Source: Xanthobacteraceae bacterium | Lineage (GTDB): Bacteria; Pseudomonadota; Alphaproteobacteria; Rhizobiales; Xanthobacteraceae | Direction of reading: 5' to 3' | NCBI GenBank assembly: GCA_035293945.1 | Contig: DATGLV010000027.1 | Coordinates: 11,630 to 75,629 of the forward strand | DNA length: 64,000 nucleotides | Shown here: positions 63,235 to 64,000 of the stretch, one piece after another | Position numbering within the stretch: the first letter of the stretch is position 1 | Layout: every line of letters starts with the position of its first letter | Notes under the pieces: generated by a model | Databases searched by the model: none | What the model was told of the DNA's origin: nothing | The model's input: only the letters and a program-made list of their open reading frames with translations | Made by a program: the position numbers and the translations under genes

Positions 63235-64000
63235 GATGTCCCGCTGGTCGAAGGGGCCCTGGGCAAATTTGGTGCTGTTGCTCGCCGCCTCCGCGGTGCT
63301 CGGCGGCGCGATCCTCTCTCGTCCGGCCAAAGGTCTGATGGACTTCGATCAGCCGTTCTATGTCACCATGGCCTACGATCTCGATCGCCACGGCATCCTC
63401 AGCAACGGAATTTTTGTCGACATCGACAGCACCGAGGCGGCGCCGCAGCCCGGAATGTTCTTCGTCCCGATCTATCCGCTGCTGGTCGCCGCAGTGATGA
63501 AGGTCGATTCCCGTTTCGCGAAAGTGGTCCGCTGCAGCGTGGAGGCGGATCGCGGACATCGCGACGAGAGAAGTTGCGAGCCGTATGACACCCCCATTCG
63601 GGTGGTTCATACTCTCCTTTTGGCTCTCGGAGTGCTTGCGGTCGCGAGCACGGCACGTGTGATCTTCGGTAGCTGGCCGGTGTTCTGGGCCTGCGGCGCC
63701 CTTGCGATCATGGCGCTCGCCGCCGAGGCCGAAATTTTTTCGTTCGTGATGACCGAAAGCCTCACGTTCTCCCTCTACAGCATCTTCGCGCTCACCATGG
63801 TGCTTGCGTGGCAAAGCGGGCGGCCGCGGTATTTTGCAGGCGCCGGTATGGCTCTCGGATTGTTGTGCCTGACACGGCTTTCATTTCTCGTCCTGTTCCC
63901 GCTGAGCATCGGCCTGACGCTGCTCTGCCGGCGGATCATTCCGGCTGCGCGGACGTTCGCGCTCATCGCCGGCGTCGCGGCCATGTCGGTGCCCTTTGGC
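63235..64000 (+). CDS. polytopic GT-C-type glycosyltransferase (ArnT/PMT-like), N-terminal part; the CDS continues past the window edge
   Basis: The ORF is absent from the track because it has no stop in the window. It reads MSRWSKGPWANLVLLLAASAVLGG...DFDQPFYVTMAYDL (first-loop acidic motif), followed by several TM helices. Confidence 0.55.

Noticed and set aside
1-64000. I looked for tRNA, rRNA, CRISPR arrays, IS elements, integrases, toxin-antitoxin pairs and known defence-system genes.
   Set aside because: I found no T-loop GGTTCGAnnCC contexts outside CDSs, no regularly spaced direct repeats, and no transposase, integrase or nuclease-helicase type ORFs. The window looks like core or accessory metabolic chromosome rather than a mobile or defence island.

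Overview
This is a GC-rich, gene-dense chromosomal segment. The protein families look alphaproteobacterial and Bradyrhizobiaceae-like: Bug/TTT and TRAP binding proteins, a Tad pilus, and a REP hairpin whose antisense reads 'MGPCFRRDD'. That taxonomic placement is an inference.

I support about 58 CDS. I saw no rRNA, tRNA, CRISPR array, transposase or integrase.

Gene content in window order:
- 1-3459: the end of a Tad/Flp pilus operon, cpaB-cpaC-lipoprotein-cpaE.
- 4898-8320: an MFS-PlsC-acyl-ACP synthetase (Aas-type) fusion.
- 9723-11372: prfC.
- 12544-14953: an MBOAT plus SGNH-like O-acylation pair.
- 15323-18111: a CpxP/Spy, OmpR-type regulator and kinase module preceded by a perfect GTAAA-N5-GTAAA box.
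- 21068-38863: a long catabolic region. It holds a TTT binding protein, an enoyl-CoA hydratase, an ADP-forming acyl-CoA synthetase, IclR, a pyrogallol-transhydroxylase-like molybdoenzyme alpha/beta pair, DUF4262, DoxX, a flavin reductase, hydantoinase A/B, and an ABC importer with no ATPase gene.
- 39043-39657: an ECF sigma factor.
- 40001-45521: a translationally coupled signalling cassette of TRAP-type binding protein, sensor kinase, REC-kinase hybrid and OmpR regulator.
- 45702-48242: a Cache-HAMP-GGDEF-EAL protein.
- 49296-51273: an MBL hydrolase and an HtpX-like protein that has lost two zinc ligands.
- 51450-59855: a CxxCH protein, an exported MsrB, assorted binding proteins, methyltransferases, and an SRAP peptidase.
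- 60021-64000: a polyprenyl-phosphate-type glycosylation cluster of methyltransferase, small EamA-like flippase, GT2, DUF2304 and GT-C.

The best candidates for undescribed biology are the transhydroxylase-centred island, whose alpha subunit carries a roughly 140-aa N-terminal extension, and the binding-protein-driven two-kinase cascade.

All functional calls come from reading motifs in the translated ORFs. No database search was run.
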